DNA of 64,000 nucleotides from Candidatus Aenigmatarchaeota archaeon (GTDB lineage Archaea > Aenigmatarchaeota > Aenigmatarchaeia > QMZP01 > QMZT01): the NCBI GenBank assembly GCA_026397315.1, contig JAPLVC010000001.1:128001-192000 (forward strand). Reading direction: 5' to 3'. Position numbers and translations under genes: made by a program. The notes beneath the pieces are model-generated. The model ran no database searches. It saw only the letters and a list, made by a program, of their open reading frames with translations, and was not told where the DNA came from. Below are positions 10,401 to 20,426 of the stretch, in pieces (position 1 is the stretch's first letter; every line of letters starts with the position of its first letter).

Positions 10401-11524
10401 AAACAATAGTCGGTCCCGCCGCCCGTGCCCGCGGCAGTCGAAAAAGCGCCGCTCGCGCAGCCAGCTGCAGTTTTAGGGGTGCACGTTCCTATGGCAGTCG
10501 GGTCGTCGCCGGAGTCGGTATCGGTGGCAGCGACTTCGAATCCGGAGCATGTGTATGGTTTGCTGGGGCACGAAGCGCCGCTTGCATAATATTCCGTAAG
10601 TGCTGCTGCCGACGCGCACACGTCGGCATAAGGCGTGCTCTGGCACGCGCTGGGAGAGCTAGGAGAGCAGGTTGTGTAATCGGTGCACGTGCCCGCGGTT
10701 CTCGGCACGTCGCCGGCGTCGGAATCAACAGAAACTTTTGCGGCGCAGTCCTCGGAACCCGCGACCGTGTAGGTGCATGTGCAGGTTGAAGAGGTAGCGC
10801 ACGAATAATCCCTGTTCTCCCTGATATTCACGTTGCAGTAAAGCCACCCGTCAGCCGGGCAACCGCTGTCCGCGGCACAGGCCGCGTTGCATCTCCCCAC
10901 TGAGCAATAGGCAGCGCCGCTGTCGCCGCATTTGCATGTTGGCGGCCCCCCACCGATCAACGCATCGCATGCCCTGTCTTGCCTTCTTCCGGGATTGGTG
11001 ACACAAGTGGATGAGCAACCGCTGGCCGCATCGCATTCCGCACCGCAAGCAACTGAACATATCGTCGTGCAGCCCGTGCCCACCGAGCAGGTGTAGGCTC
11101 CGCAGTCCGATGTGCCTGAGCATGCGCCACCGGTGCACGTCTTACTCATACAACCGTCGCTTGTGCATGTCTTCGTGCAGTCTGTAGCGAAGCCTGTTGT
11201 GCATGAACAACTCGTGCATGCCGTGTTGCATGTTCTGCCTCCCATCAAGGTGCTGCTGCTGCTGCAGTAATCCGGGCAGTCGGTGTTGGTAATGCACTCT
11301 GCATCGCAGTCCATAATTGAACAAGCTTCGCTTACGATGCACGTTGCACAACCCGATCCCAGATGTCTGCACTCATTGACAGCACAATAATTATCACACC
11401 CCGCGCATTCTATGCACGTGTCGCCGCAGTACAGAGCAGCATCCGCATAAGTGGCCGCTGTCAGCGACAAAAATAGGATAAATATCCCAAGAAAGCAAAC
11501 TGCTTTGCAAGATGACGCCTTCAT
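7403..11524 (-). CDS. Large Cys-rich surface protein with Ig-like repeats and C-terminal membrane anchor
   Basis: Signal peptide, very Cys-rich N-terminal half, repeated ATVTD...RYRW.NST.NG.W beta modules, many NxS/T sequons, C-terminal TM + KK. Confidence 0.85.
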   Translation of the reverse strand: MKASSCKAVCFLGIFILFLSLTAATYADAALYCGDTCIECAGCDNYCAVNECRHLGSGCATCIVSEACSIMDCDAECITNTDCPDYCSSSSTLMGGRTCNTACTSCSCTTGFATDCTKTCTSDGCMSKTCTGGACSGTSDCGAYTCSVGTGCTTICSVACGAECDAASGCSSTCVTNPGRRQDRACDALIGGGPPTCKCGDSGAAYCSVGRCNAACAADSGCPADGWLYCNVNIRENRDYSCATSSTCTCTYTVAGSEDCAAKVSVDSDAGDVPRTAGTCTDYTTCSPSSPSACQSTPYADVCASAAALTEYYASGASCPSKPYTCSGFEVAATDTDSGDDPTAIGTCTPKTAAGCASGAFSTAAGTGGGTDYCLGTCGAAVNSCNYIEYYPVDSADGCPGLDSCASKTYDPDATSHTCNTCAGANRWTLGGDDCDPMTAGVQTSCCCGDDPSEHVRTRVCDGFVCTNSTSDDACCDQANDCVSDGICYSNGDPYPIPLHGGICSNGIWKDMTAPITAIIPNGGDYPGQNWTEFTLECLDTGGAWCSKTRYKIINSTQDCVTAGTYITVNAGSVKKNVTCPFGKICELKVCFYSNDSAGNTEAAKQSNTFHLETNACQGLVCGQPCLFTPGICNATSGNCYSGGCMLNCSVLAAGSGNERVWINQNCGRTGSYKCDDDAVCGNSFTSCITGGVSTKVTGNWASYVYPAGSYGVGYTFRINLTGVTKSPSGFTILSECSVIKPNSNKIIFDNWGTDASYNYTIKSGDPEGIWTVDYCGLYSDFFANDGWTLKEDSVARTFAVDKSGPSIIINTPKQNDIYNADFAVNATVTDTYSPISGARYRWQNSTANGPWIPITRNIGNAYIATFSVLAVSDGYYTINVSANDTIGNVGSATVNNVRIDRQPPAITITKPTPKWFRTSFDVTATVTDSQGVASVRYRWENSTTNGTWTQMTLESGDIYDAPFVITSVAPNTNANNYTFRVWSNDTKGNNVNVVVTRVGIDYVSPSSQMISPSSGAFVMNKVFNISWSGSDAHSGVKCYNVVYRYCNNNNGQCSSENYTIPFAGGACTNLTLYTFDTTKELWWVQDPNNYTFFFKSVATDIAGNVESKPAWDANITVYIPKLVSFSLTENTTKLNVRNGGKVPNRRNVIISVSALPSVTENINITVFYANHTLGMLPLQWTEARCYNTRQCNVTIKINVSEAESIREVDYYIMAQNSTMMEYLPPSAPNSYFYYSVYYHSICNFLVVDEYRTILGSADLIALEIRNIHDQADNITLALAPNYGRFVENDATNISMVLNPAEEKIIYARLVPAMEGFLLQLNGISQNDITLSDEDTVDIRVDMPPNFSELGDSAAIALILLAGALYFVLISKK

Positions 11525-11562
11525 ATTCTAAGTTTGGATTTTGTTTATTATATACTTTGTTT

Positions 11563-12168
11563 CTAAAGCTTGGTTCTCGTTTTTCTTTTACCCCACTCGA
11601 CTATCAGCGCGTGGAACTCCTTGTATAAAGCGACGTCTTTGGGCAGGCGGCTCTCGAAATGCGCGCGCAGCGCTTCGTAATTCGCTGGTTCCATGCCGAG
11701 CGAGCGCACGAAGCGTTTCGTGTATGAATCGATTACGAAATACGGCCTGCCGCATGCGTAGAGCAGGATTGAGTCGCACGTCTCCGGGCCGACTCCTTTG
11801 ACTTTCAGCAGTTCGTGTCTTTCAATTCTTTTGAAATCATTGAAGCTGCCGTATGAAAGGATGAATTGCGCGAGTGTTTTCAGACGAATGGCCTTCTGCC
11901 TGTAAAATCCGCTGGGCCGGACGAGCTGCTCCAGACGGCGACTGCTGATTTTCAGCGTGGCTTCAGGCGTCACGACGTTGCTTTTTATCAGGTTGTCGAG
12001 CGCCTTCTCGACGTTGCGCCAGTTAGTATTTTGTGTGAGTATCGCGCCGACACAGACTTCCCATTCCTTCGGGGCGAATCCTCGTCGCATCGGCCACCAG
12101 GCCTGCGGGCCGTACTCTTTGAGCAGCTTTTCGTATTCTTTGTGCAAACTGGCCGTTCTGCGTGCCAT
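11563..12168 (-). CDS. HhH-GPD DNA glycosylase / endonuclease III-related protein
   Basis: GAILTQNTNW.NVEKAL, PSGFYRQKA, LLKVKGVGPETCDSILLYA; no C-terminal Fe-S motif. Confidence 0.9.
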   Translation of the reverse strand: MARRTASLHKEYEKLLKEYGPQAWWPMRRGFAPKEWEVCVGAILTQNTNWRNVEKALDNLIKSNVVTPEATLKISSRRLEQLVRPSGFYRQKAIRLKTLAQFILSYGSFNDFKRIERHELLKVKGVGPETCDSILLYACGRPYFVIDSYTKRFVRSLGMEPANYEALRAHFESRLPKDVALYKEFHALIVEWGKRKTRTKL

Positions 12169-12205
12169 GGGAATATTTTAAAGCAGGAAAATAAAACTTC
12201 ATGCG

Positions 12206-12958
12206 GTGAAGGGAATGAAAGTTGACGGCATCGGATTCGACTATGGGAACACGCTGGTCAGCGACCCCTTCGAAAGGGTCATGAAGCTAAAGGCGCTGGA
12301 TTTCGTGCGCGTGCTGGAGGCGAACGGCTACGAAGTCGTTGGCAGGAAGTTCGTCAAGGCCTGGGCGGAAATAAACAAGAATGTGAACTACCCGTACTGC
12401 TCTCATTTTTCGCAGGAAATCCCGCTAATAAAGGCGCTGCTCGAATTGCTCGGCGTGAAGAAAAACGACCGCAACAAGCTCAGCCAGCCGCTGCTGGCAA
12501 CGTACAGGAGCGGCCTGAAATACGTAATGAGAAACGACAAAGGCATAACGCATGTCGGAGACGTGCTTGCCGAGCTGAAGCGACGGGGGAAAAAGCTGAT
12601 GATACTGTCGAACGAGAGGATGGACACCATCGACATTCAACTGCGCTGGACCGGCCTGTGGCGCTATTTCGACAGGATAATCGTCTCCGAGCGGCTGAAA
12701 GCGGAGAAGCCGGACCCGCGACTGTTCACCTACATGATGAAGGCGTTCGGCATGCCGAAAGAGCGCATCCTGTATGTAGGCGACGACCCGGAGAGGGACA
12801 TAAAACCAGCGAAACTGCTGGGCATGAAGGCCGTCATGCTGGAGCAGCCGCAGGAATTGGGCAACACTTGGAGGAACTACACAACCACGCTCGCTGATAA
12901 CGAGAAGCCGGACCATGTGATAAAGGATTTGGCAGAGCTGCTGCAAATAGTCAAGTAA
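12206..12958 (+). CDS. HAD-superfamily hydrolase
   Basis: FDYGNTL, ILSN, EKPDP, YVGDDPERDI. Confidence 0.88.
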   Translation: MKGMKVDGIGFDYGNTLVSDPFERVMKLKALDFVRVLEANGYEVVGRKFVKAWAEINKNVNYPYCSHFSQEIPLIKALLELLGVKKNDRNKLSQPLLATYRSGLKYVMRNDKGITHVGDVLAELKRRGKKLMILSNERMDTIDIQLRWTGLWRYFDRIIVSERLKAEKPDPRLFTYMMKAFGMPKERILYVGDDPERDIKPAKLLGMKAVMLEQPQELGNTWRNYTTTLADNEKPDHVIKDLAELLQIVK

Positions 12959-12960
12959 GC

Positions 12961-12983
12961 GTTGCTAGCGCCCGCTAGCGCTA
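12961..12983. terminator. Hairpin between convergent HAD and trkH genes
   Basis: GCTAGCG-CC-CGCTAGC inverted repeat in the short convergent spacer. Confidence 0.3.
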
Positions 12984-14378
12984 CTTGTATTTTATTCTGG
13001 AATATATGACGAAGAACAACACGAAGAACGGCAGGATTTCGAGACGGCCGAGCAACATGCCCGCCATCAGTATTATTTTGCCAACCGGGTTCATGGCGGC
13101 GATGTTTATCGTGCTCAGGCCGACCGTGCCTTCAGCCGAAGCAGAGACGAAGAACGCGTCCGTCGTCGCGTAGCCCATGAAACTTAACGCCAGCGACGAG
13201 ACTATGAGCAGGAATATGTACGTGAACGAGAACAGGGATATTACCGTCAGCTCCTGGTCGTCTATTGTCCTGCCGTTGAATTTGAACGGGACGACCGCCG
13301 AGCTGGGATAGAATATTTTCTTGCTTATCCACGTCATGGCTTTGCCTAAGACGCCGACCCTGACCAGTTTCAGTCCGCCCGCCAGCGAACCGGCGAAGCC
13401 GCCGATTACCATGGCCATGACCAGCAGGACCTTGGCGATGTCCGTATATCCTGTAAGACCTGTGGTGAAACTTGTCGATGTCAGCGACGCCAGCGTGTGG
13501 AACACGCCGCTCCTCAGTGGCTCGCCGACTGTCGCGAGCAGCGAAAACGAGACGAGCGATGCGAATACGACAGCGAACAGCCAGAACAGCTGCGTCTCAC
13601 TGCTCCTGATGTATGACGAAAAGTCTTTTTTGAAGAGCTTCTTGTGCATGAATATCGAGGTCGCGCCGAGTATCGAAAGCACGATTGCGACCAGTTCTAT
13701 CGACGGGCTGGCGTAATAGCCGAGCGACTGGTTCCTCACCGAGAAGCCGCCATTCGAAATCGCAGTCATGGCGTGGTTTACCGAGTCGAATACGGGCATG
13801 CCTACCAGCACGAACAGGAGGATGCCAAGACACGTGTAAATGCCGTAAATCATGAACACTTTTTTCACGCCGAGCAGGACGTTCGTCTCGATTCTGTGCA
13901 TCTTCGCCTCGGCCTTGTACATATAGTATGCGGACATGCCCGGGGACGAGAGCAAGAGAATTATCGCCAGTAACATGCCAGCTCCGCCCAGCCATTGCGT
14001 AAGCGAACGCCAGAACAGTATGGAATGCGGCAGGCTTTCCGGGCTGGCTGTGGTGAATCCCGTCGCAGTGAACCCGGAGACGGATTCGAAGACCGCGTCC
14101 AGCGGCTGCATGTGGTCCAGATAGGCGATAGATCCGAGCAGTGAGACGACGATGAAGGCCAGCCCCGCGAGAATCATGGCAGAGCCGAGCGTGAGGTTCT
14201 CCCGCCTGAACTTTTTGATGAGGATGACGCCGCACAAGAAAGACACGAAAGCCCCGAGGAAGAACGGGATGAACACGTTCTCGTCGTAAACGAGGCTTAC
14301 TATCGCTGGTAGCAGCATCGCGACCGCCAGAAATATGAGGATGAAGCCGAGATATGAAAAAACGGATTTCCAGTTCAT
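12981..14378 (-). CDS. trkH: Trk potassium uptake membrane protein TrkH
   Basis: FESVSGFTATG, WRSLTQWLGG, GGFAGSLAGGLK, MLLGRLEI. Confidence 0.93.
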   Translation of the reverse strand: MNWKSVFSYLGFILIFLAVAMLLPAIVSLVYDENVFIPFFLGAFVSFLCGVILIKKFRRENLTLGSAMILAGLAFIVVSLLGSIAYLDHMQPLDAVFESVSGFTATGFTTASPESLPHSILFWRSLTQWLGGAGMLLAIILLLSSPGMSAYYMYKAEAKMHRIETNVLLGVKKVFMIYGIYTCLGILLFVLVGMPVFDSVNHAMTAISNGGFSVRNQSLGYYASPSIELVAIVLSILGATSIFMHKKLFKKDFSSYIRSSETQLFWLFAVVFASLVSFSLLATVGEPLRSGVFHTLASLTSTSFTTGLTGYTDIAKVLLVMAMVIGGFAGSLAGGLKLVRVGVLGKAMTWISKKIFYPSSAVVPFKFNGRTIDDQELTVISLFSFTYIFLLIVSSLALSFMGYATTDAFFVSASAEGTVGLSTINIAAMNPVGKIILMAGMLLGRLEILPFFVLFFVIYSRIKYK

Positions 14379-14453
14379 AATTTATAATGTAAATAAGAGT
14401 AATAATAAATTGAGCTTTGCGGTTTTTTCGCGTTGGACTGACAGGTTGGCTAT

Positions 14454-15992
14454 ATGGGAAAGAAAAAAGGCTTCATGCACATCATCGAAGTTCTGCTCGT
14501 GGTCATACTCGTTTTCTTCGCTTTCAGCCAGTTCTCCTCGATACCCGATACGGGCGGCGAGTGGCCGAAAACCAAGCTTTCGCTTCTGGCCAGCGACTCG
14601 CTGAAGATGCTGGACGCGAAAGGAGTGGACTGGTTCAACCAGACCCAGCTGAGAAGCGCGCTGAACGGCACGATTCCCGAGAACATGATTTATTCCATAA
14701 GGCTGCAGAACGTGATAAAGCCGGTGATAAAGATTGGCTGCCTCTGCAGCGACAACGAGTTCAATCGAACTAGATTCATGCTGTCGCCGGGATGGACGGT
14801 CATAAACGGCGTCAACACGTCTTTCGAACTGGTACAGGTAAAGAGCCTCGACGAAGCGTTCTCGCTGGAATACGACGTAACGCTGGTGAACGGCTACACG
14901 AACCTCGGGCCTGCATATTCCGCGCTGAGGAATTTCGTCTCCTACGACAAGGGTGTGATCGAGATATTCGACAGGATAGGCCAGGACGACTCGCCCGCTA
15001 ATGTCCAGGCCAACGTTTTCGGCATCGTGACCGGGTCAAAGGCTTCCGACGGCACCGGCATGATTTTTTCGGTTTCGAGTTCGCAGAGCGGCAGGGACAC
15101 CAACAAGATTTATGAGAACTACGTGCACGCCCCGGTCTTCTACGACGTTTTCGACAGGCTCGACCAGTGGGCGGGAACCGCGGATTTGAACACGGGCGTG
15201 GGCAAACCAGCGCCTTCACTGAGGCTGAGCGCCAGCGACTGCGGCAGCGGGCAACTTGCCTTCACGCGCTTCTACGACAGCTTCAGTAACGGGGAAATCG
15301 ACTTCGACCTTCGCCTCAACAGCGGTTCGGCCCTGACCATCGCTTTCGGGAAGAGTGGCGTTAGCGAATACTTGGCCACGATATCCGGCAACTCGTCGCT
15401 GGGGTATGATGCTTTCTACCAGAGGGAGCCCATGCACTCCATAGGGACCAACACTTCGCATCTCACGCCCATAAATGCGTGGAGCCACGTGAAAATAATA
15501 TCCAGCATGGGCGAGCTCACGCTTTACAACAACGGCGTCAGAGTCGCGAGCGCTCAGTCAGCCGGCCTGACCGGCTCCAACATAACGCTCTACAACAAGT
15601 GCGCGAACGCCATGATCGACAACATGAGGATCACGCTGGTCGAGAAAAGCGAGCTGGCCAACTTCCTCGACAACGAGAACATAACCCAGGTGACCGGCAA
15701 CCAGAACAAGATACTGCTCGTGCAGAAGGGTTCCGGCCTGCCTGGAGCCGTCATAAACTACAACATCGAGGATATAGGCAAGGGCAGGACTGCATGGATT
15801 TCCAACATGACGACCATAAACGGGGACTACAGCAACCTGGTAAAAGCGATAGTCATGTGGGCCGCGGGCAGCGAATACACGCCCGTGAAAGCGAACCTCA
15901 ACCAGCCCGTCACAGCCTTCATGTACAAGTCGCTAGGCAACGACATGCAGCAGAACGCGAAAATAATTCTAGAGATAGACTATATTTACTGA
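14454..15992 (+). CDS. Pilin-like (class III signal peptide) surface protein with LamG-like insert
   Basis: MGKKKG|FMHIIEVLLVVIL prepilin-type N-terminus; WSHVKI...LTLYNNGVRV LamG-like strand motif. Confidence 0.7.
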   Translation: MGKKKGFMHIIEVLLVVILVFFAFSQFSSIPDTGGEWPKTKLSLLASDSLKMLDAKGVDWFNQTQLRSALNGTIPENMIYSIRLQNVIKPVIKIGCLCSDNEFNRTRFMLSPGWTVINGVNTSFELVQVKSLDEAFSLEYDVTLVNGYTNLGPAYSALRNFVSYDKGVIEIFDRIGQDDSPANVQANVFGIVTGSKASDGTGMIFSVSSSQSGRDTNKIYENYVHAPVFYDVFDRLDQWAGTADLNTGVGKPAPSLRLSASDCGSGQLAFTRFYDSFSNGEIDFDLRLNSGSALTIAFGKSGVSEYLATISGNSSLGYDAFYQREPMHSIGTNTSHLTPINAWSHVKIISSMGELTLYNNGVRVASAQSAGLTGSNITLYNKCANAMIDNMRITLVEKSELANFLDNENITQVTGNQNKILLVQKGSGLPGAVINYNIEDIGKGRTAWISNMTTINGDYSNLVKAIVMWAAGSEYTPVKANLNQPVTAFMYKSLGNDMQQNAKIILEIDYIY

Positions 15993-16040
15993 AAGCCACA
16001 AACCGCGCAACATTTTTAAATAATGCCGCCAATATTTGTT

Positions 16041-16352
16041 ATGGCTTTCCACAACAAAGAGGGCGAGTATTCTGAGGTAGTAAGGGTGCGCATGCCCCGC
16101 GGCACCGAGCTCATCGGAGTCGTCGAGGAGATGCTGGGCGCGGGGCGTTTCAGGATAAAATGCAACGACAAGTTCACGCGCATGTGCAGGGTGTCCGGCA
16201 AATTCAAGCGCAAGCAGTGGATAAGGCCTGGTGACGTCGTCTTAGTCAGGCCATGGGTTGTCGAGATCAACGAAAAGGGCGACGTGGTCTGGAAATACAG
16301 GCGCGCGGAAGTCGACTGGCTCAGGAAAAGAGGCATGATGCAGAACGTCTGA
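16041..16352 (+). CDS. eif1a: Translation initiation factor aIF-1A
   Basis: GVVEEMLG, RMCRVSGKFKRKQWIRPGDVVLVRPW, KGDVVWKY. Confidence 0.95.
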   Translation: MAFHNKEGEYSEVVRVRMPRGTELIGVVEEMLGAGRFRIKCNDKFTRMCRVSGKFKRKQWIRPGDVVLVRPWVVEINEKGDVVWKYRRAEVDWLRKRGMMQNV

Positions 16353-16409
16353 GCCGCGTTTTCTAACGAAACTCAAATATTTAAGTTTGCGTAAGAACTA
16401 AATCTCTTT

Positions 16410-16910
16410 ATGATTGATGAGGTAAAAATCCCGGATCTAAGGAAAGGGGTGCTCATAGGGCCGGAAGGCTCTGTCAAGAAGGGCATAGAGAAGCGCACGC
16501 GCACGATCATAACAGTGAACGACTGCGTCGAGATAAACGGCGAGGCGCTTGACGTGATGAAGGCCAAAGAAATCGTCAAAGCGATCGGCCGCGGCTTCGC
16601 GCCGGACAAGGCGCTTAAGCTCATGAGCGATGACTATCGACTGGTCATCATAAGCCTCGGGCACGAGACTGAACGTCTCATGAAGAGGACTTTATCCAGA
16701 GTGATAGGCAGCGACGGCAAAGCGAAGAAGACAATCGAACTCCTGACCACAACGGATATATGCGTGTACGGCAAAACAATTTCTATCATAGGAAAATGGG
16801 ACAATGTTGACCGGGCTAACGAGGCGTTAGAGCTGCTTATAGAGGGCAAGCCCCATGCTTACGTCTACAAGCGGCTTGAGAGCCAGAAAGAAGGGGAAGA
16901 AAAGGAATGA
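16410..16910 (+). CDS. KH-domain pre-rRNA processing protein (Dim2/Pno1-like)
   Basis: [33 protein letters not shown]; context between aIF-1A and top6B. Confidence 0.9.
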   Translation: MIDEVKIPDLRKGVLIGPEGSVKKGIEKRTRTIITVNDCVEINGEALDVMKAKEIVKAIGRGFAPDKALKLMSDDYRLVIISLGHETERLMKRTLSRVIGSDGKAKKTIELLTTTDICVYGKTISIIGKWDNVDRANEALELLIEGKPHAYVYKRLESQKEGEEKE

Positions 16911-18652
16911 GGAAAGGCGCGGAGGAAATGGCCAGGGACCAGAGGGAAATCTCGGTCTCGGAATTCTTCGAGAAGAACCGCCATCTGCTGGGGTATGACA
17001 ACAAGGCGAAAGCGCTTCTCATGATTGTTAAAGAAGGCGTAGACAATTCGCTTGACGCCGCCGAAGAGGCTGGCATACTGCCCGACATTTACGTCGGGGT
17101 GAAGCAGCTGGCCGATGAGAAATACGAGATAATCATAAAGGACAACGGTCCGGGCATCGTGGAAAAGCAGATAGGCAGGATTTTCGGCAAGCTGCTCTAC
17201 GGCTCGAAGTTTCACAAATTAAAACAGAATCGCGGTCAGCAGGGCATCGGCATATCCGCCGCGACGCTGTACACGCAGCTCACCACGGGCGAGCCGCTGG
17301 AGATACGCACGTCCACCGGCGACGGCAGGATTTTCAAGTACAAGATAAAAGTCGACGTGCGCAAGAACGAGCCTATCATACTTGAAAGCGAGACGGAGGC
17401 GGGGGACGGATGGCGAGGCGTGCAGCTGAAATTCGTGACAGAAGGGATATACAGGGAGCACAAGCAATCGATCGCGGAATACGTTAAGCAGACTGCGATA
17501 GCGAATCCTCATGCGCATATAGTCTTCGAATCGCCTACAGGCAGAGCGGAATACAAGAGGGCTATAGAGCACATGCCTCCCGAAGCGAAGGAGATAATGC
17601 CCCACCTGCACGGCGTCGAGCTGGGCGTCTTCACCCGCATGCTGAGGGACACGCAAGCGCGCACGTTCGTCAGCTTCCTGACCAGCGAATTCACGAAAGT
17701 CGGAAGAGTCACGGCAAAAGATATATGCCAGAAAGCCGGCATCGAAGAGGGCAGGAAGCCGAAGAAAGTGACAGACGATGAAGCTAGACGAATAATAGAG
17801 GTCATAAAAACTGTCAAGCTGCTCAAGCCACCGACGGACTGCCTGTCGCCGCTCGGCGAAAGCGTCATAAAGGAGAGCCTGAAAAAAGAGCTCGCCCCGG
17901 AATGGGTCGACGCGGTGACGCGCCCACCCGAAGTCTACCGCGGCTGGCCTTTCCAGATCGAAGTGGGCATCGCCTACGCCGGCTCGATAGCGGAGCCGAA
18001 AGTCATGCGCTTCGCGAACCGCGTGCCACTGCTATACCAGCAGGGCGACTGCGCCATTACGAAGTCCATCGCGGATATTGAATGGAGGCGCTATGGACTA
18101 GCGAACTTCATGAAAAACAACACCGACAACCCCGAGCCGGTCGCGATATTCGTGCACCTTTTCTCGGTCTGGGTGCCGTTCACTTCCGAGTCGAAAGAAG
18201 CCATCGCGTCCTACCCGATCATAATCAAGGAGATAAAGCTCGCGCTGCAGGAATGCGCGCGCAAGCTCGGTCTTTACCTATCGGGCAAAAGGAGGAGCGA
18301 GTATCACCTGCAAAGGATACAGACTTTCGAGCGCTACGCAGACGAAACGGCGAACGCTCTTTCCGAGCTCACGGACGTCAGCAAGGAAAAAATAAAGAAT
18401 GATATTTTCGAGCTCATAAATTCGAAAAAACATAAATTAACGGAGGCAGAAGATGGAGAAAACCAGGGAAAAGGAGTCGAAGGAAACGTCGGAAGCGATA
18501 GAAGCGAGGAAACTGCACGATCTGGGAAAGGACGTGTTAAATCAGATAGAGAAAAAGGAAAGCCCAAAAATAGAGTTTCCGGTCAGGTCACTCTCGAACA
18601 TTTACTTCGACGAGAAGAACGGCCTGATCCAGCTGGGGGACAAGAAGAGTGA
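16907..18652 (+). CDS. top6B: DNA topoisomerase VI subunit B
   Basis: [57 protein letters not shown]. Confidence 0.96.
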   Translation: MRKGAEEMARDQREISVSEFFEKNRHLLGYDNKAKALLMIVKEGVDNSLDAAEEAGILPDIYVGVKQLADEKYEIIIKDNGPGIVEKQIGRIFGKLLYGSKFHKLKQNRGQQGIGISAATLYTQLTTGEPLEIRTSTGDGRIFKYKIKVDVRKNEPIILESETEAGDGWRGVQLKFVTEGIYREHKQSIAEYVKQTAIANPHAHIVFESPTGRAEYKRAIEHMPPEAKEIMPHLHGVELGVFTRMLRDTQARTFVSFLTSEFTKVGRVTAKDICQKAGIEEGRKPKKVTDDEARRIIEVIKTVKLLKPPTDCLSPLGESVIKESLKKELAPEWVDAVTRPPEVYRGWPFQIEVGIAYAGSIAEPKVMRFANRVPLLYQQGDCAITKSIADIEWRRYGLANFMKNNTDNPEPVAIFVHLFSVWVPFTSESKEAIASYPIIIKEIKLALQECARKLGLYLSGKRRSEYHLQRIQTFERYADETANALSELTDVSKEKIKNDIFELINSKKHKLTEAEDGENQGKGVEGNVGSDRSEETARSGKGRVKSDREKGKPKNRVSGQVTLEHLLRREERPDPAGGQEE

Positions 18653-19574
18653 AAGGCTCTATTTCAACGCCGCCCACACCAGGAAGTTCATGCAGACCCT
18701 CATGGTCGCGGCGGAATGCAAGAAGATACGCGAGCAGGGCGTAACCACGACGATTCGTGACCTTTATTACGCGCTGAAACGCACCATACCAGGCACGCGC
18801 GAGAACACGTTCGAGGAGCAGGACGAGAGCGACCCGGTCATCGAAGATCTCGAAGCGATGCTCAACTCCCTCCGCGAGAATCTTAACCTGAAAGCCGACC
18901 GCAAGGGCTACATGGCAGGCAACGTCATGCTTAATGACATGGGCGACAGGATAAACTGCGCCAAGATGGGCAGCTCCGGATGGGCGATACCCAGCAACGT
19001 CGAAAACGACATAATAAAGTTCGAGGACGTCAAGGCCGACTACGTGCTGGTCATAGAGAAGGACGCCGTCTGGCAGCGTTTGAATGAAGACAAGTTCTGG
19101 AAGAAACATAATTGTCTTATAATCACGGGTAAAGGGCAGCCTGCGAGGGGCACGCGCCGCCTCATAAACCGCCTCCACCACGAGCACAAGCTGCCCGTCT
19201 ACGTGATGTGCGACGCAGACTGCTACGGATATTATATTTACTCGGTAATCAAGCAGGGCTCGATCAACCTTTCCTTCCTTTCCGACAGGCTGGGCACGCC
19301 TGACGCCAAATACATCGGGCTGACGACACTGGACGTCGAGAAGTTCTCCATCCCTCATAACGTGACCATAAAAATGACGAATCTCGATGTCAAGCGCACG
19401 AAAGAGCTGATGCAGTATGTCTGGTTCAAACCAAAGGAGTGGCAGAAGGAGCTGAAGAACATGCTGCATTTCAACCACAAGCTGGAGCTTGAAGCGCTGT
19501 CGTCGAAGGGGATAAAGTTCATCTCGGAGAAATACCTGCCGGAGAAGATAAAACAGGAAGACTTCCTGCCTTAA
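18453..19574 (+). CDS. top6A: DNA topoisomerase VI subunit A
   Basis: TIRDLYY, IEKDAV, GKGQP, DADCYG, KLELEAL; GGAGG SD upstream of the ATG. Confidence 0.96.
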   Translation: MEKTREKESKETSEAIEARKLHDLGKDVLNQIEKKESPKIEFPVRSLSNIYFDEKNGLIQLGDKKSERLYFNAAHTRKFMQTLMVAAECKKIREQGVTTTIRDLYYALKRTIPGTRENTFEEQDESDPVIEDLEAMLNSLRENLNLKADRKGYMAGNVMLNDMGDRINCAKMGSSGWAIPSNVENDIIKFEDVKADYVLVIEKDAVWQRLNEDKFWKKHNCLIITGKGQPARGTRRLINRLHHEHKLPVYVMCDADCYGYYIYSVIKQGSINLSFLSDRLGTPDAKYIGLTTLDVEKFSIPHNVTIKMTNLDVKRTKELMQYVWFKPKEWQKELKNMLHFNHKLELEALSSKGIKFISEKYLPEKIKQEDFLP

Positions 19575-20017
19575 CGGTTTTTGTAATATTTCGGGCCGCC
19601 GCTGTTGGTGCCTTTTTCGAGAATTTCGAGATTATTTTCAATGTCACTCTCGCGTCTAATACGTTTCATGCTATCCGTATTCATGAGCCTTTCGTGCTGC
19701 ATTTTTTTCATTTTTCCCGTTATTCCACTGTAAGCGCCTTTTAAGCCGCACCATGCACCATACGCAACAATAGCACTCAGCGCTAAAAGCGCTCCTTTAC
19801 CCACAATATCGCTCGCCTCTTCGCTAAGCGGCGGGATCAGAGGCTTGAAGTTCGGGTTCTCGGGTAGGCCCACAAGCTTTTTTGTCTGCTGGAGCTGCGC
19901 TTCTTTGACTCTGCGAGCTTGGCCTATATAGTCAGCTATTGTACCCACATTGTAGCTTTTGAAATAAGCGTCTATGCCACTGCCGTTCAAAACAACAGGA
20001 TAATTTGATAGACTCAT
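19571..20017 (-). CDS. Hypothetical single-TM protein
   Basis: 148-aa ORF with one hydrophobic segment, convergent on top6A. Confidence 0.6.
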   Translation of the reverse strand: MSLSNYPVVLNGSGIDAYFKSYNVGTIADYIGQARRVKEAQLQQTKKLVGLPENPNFKPLIPPLSEEASDIVGKGALLALSAIVAYGAWCGLKGAYSGITGKMKKMQHERLMNTDSMKRIRRESDIENNLEILEKGTNSGGPKYYKNR

Positions 20018-20102
20018 ACAATCACTCGATTTTAAGTGATTTGTTTTATAGGTTTATAAATGTTACTTAATAGTGGTGAAGCTTTTTCTAATTTAAACGG
20101 GG

Positions 20103-20118
20103 CAGAACCTTTTTATTG
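20103..20118 (+). promoter_or_regulatory. Putative BRE/TATA promoter of tRNA-Asn
   Basis: CAGAACC-TTTTTATT about 26-33 nt upstream of the tRNA 5' end. Confidence 0.5.
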
Positions 20119-20143
20119 CTGGTGCGGTTTAATTGATACTATT

Positions 20144-20247
20144 GTCCCGGTAGCTCAGCTGGCAGAGCGTTCGGCTGTTAACCGAAAGGTCGCACATGAG
20201 CTGGGGAACCATCTCGTGGACTAAAGGTTCGAATCCTGCCCGGGACG
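20144..20247 (+). tRNA. tRNA-Asn(GTT) with 31-nt BHB intron at 50/51 (20194-20224)
   Basis: Acceptor GTCCCGG/CCGGGAC, anticodon GTT 20177-20179; BHB helix GGTC/GACT with bulges GCA and AAA; splicing restores GCAGG-TTCGAAT-CCTGC. Confidence 0.93.
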
Positions 20248-20332
20248 TTAAAAATGAGGGCTAACGCACCCTCAATTTATTTTTGTTAGAAATAGTTACA
20301 ACCAAATATAAAATTTTCAAGAAGTTTGGCTA

Positions 20333-20349
20333 TTGTCCACCTAGGACAA
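20333..20349. promoter_or_regulatory. Palindromic candidate operator upstream of a BRE/TATA
   Basis: TTGTCC-N5-GGACAA just upstream of GAAAGG-TTTAAAA (about 20358-20370), ahead of ORF 20427. Confidence 0.35.
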
Positions 20350-20426
20350 ACATCACAGAAAGGTTTAAAATGATAAAACCTGATGTTAGTAATAACCTTT
20401 TTGAATCTTATACCCAATAAAAGACC

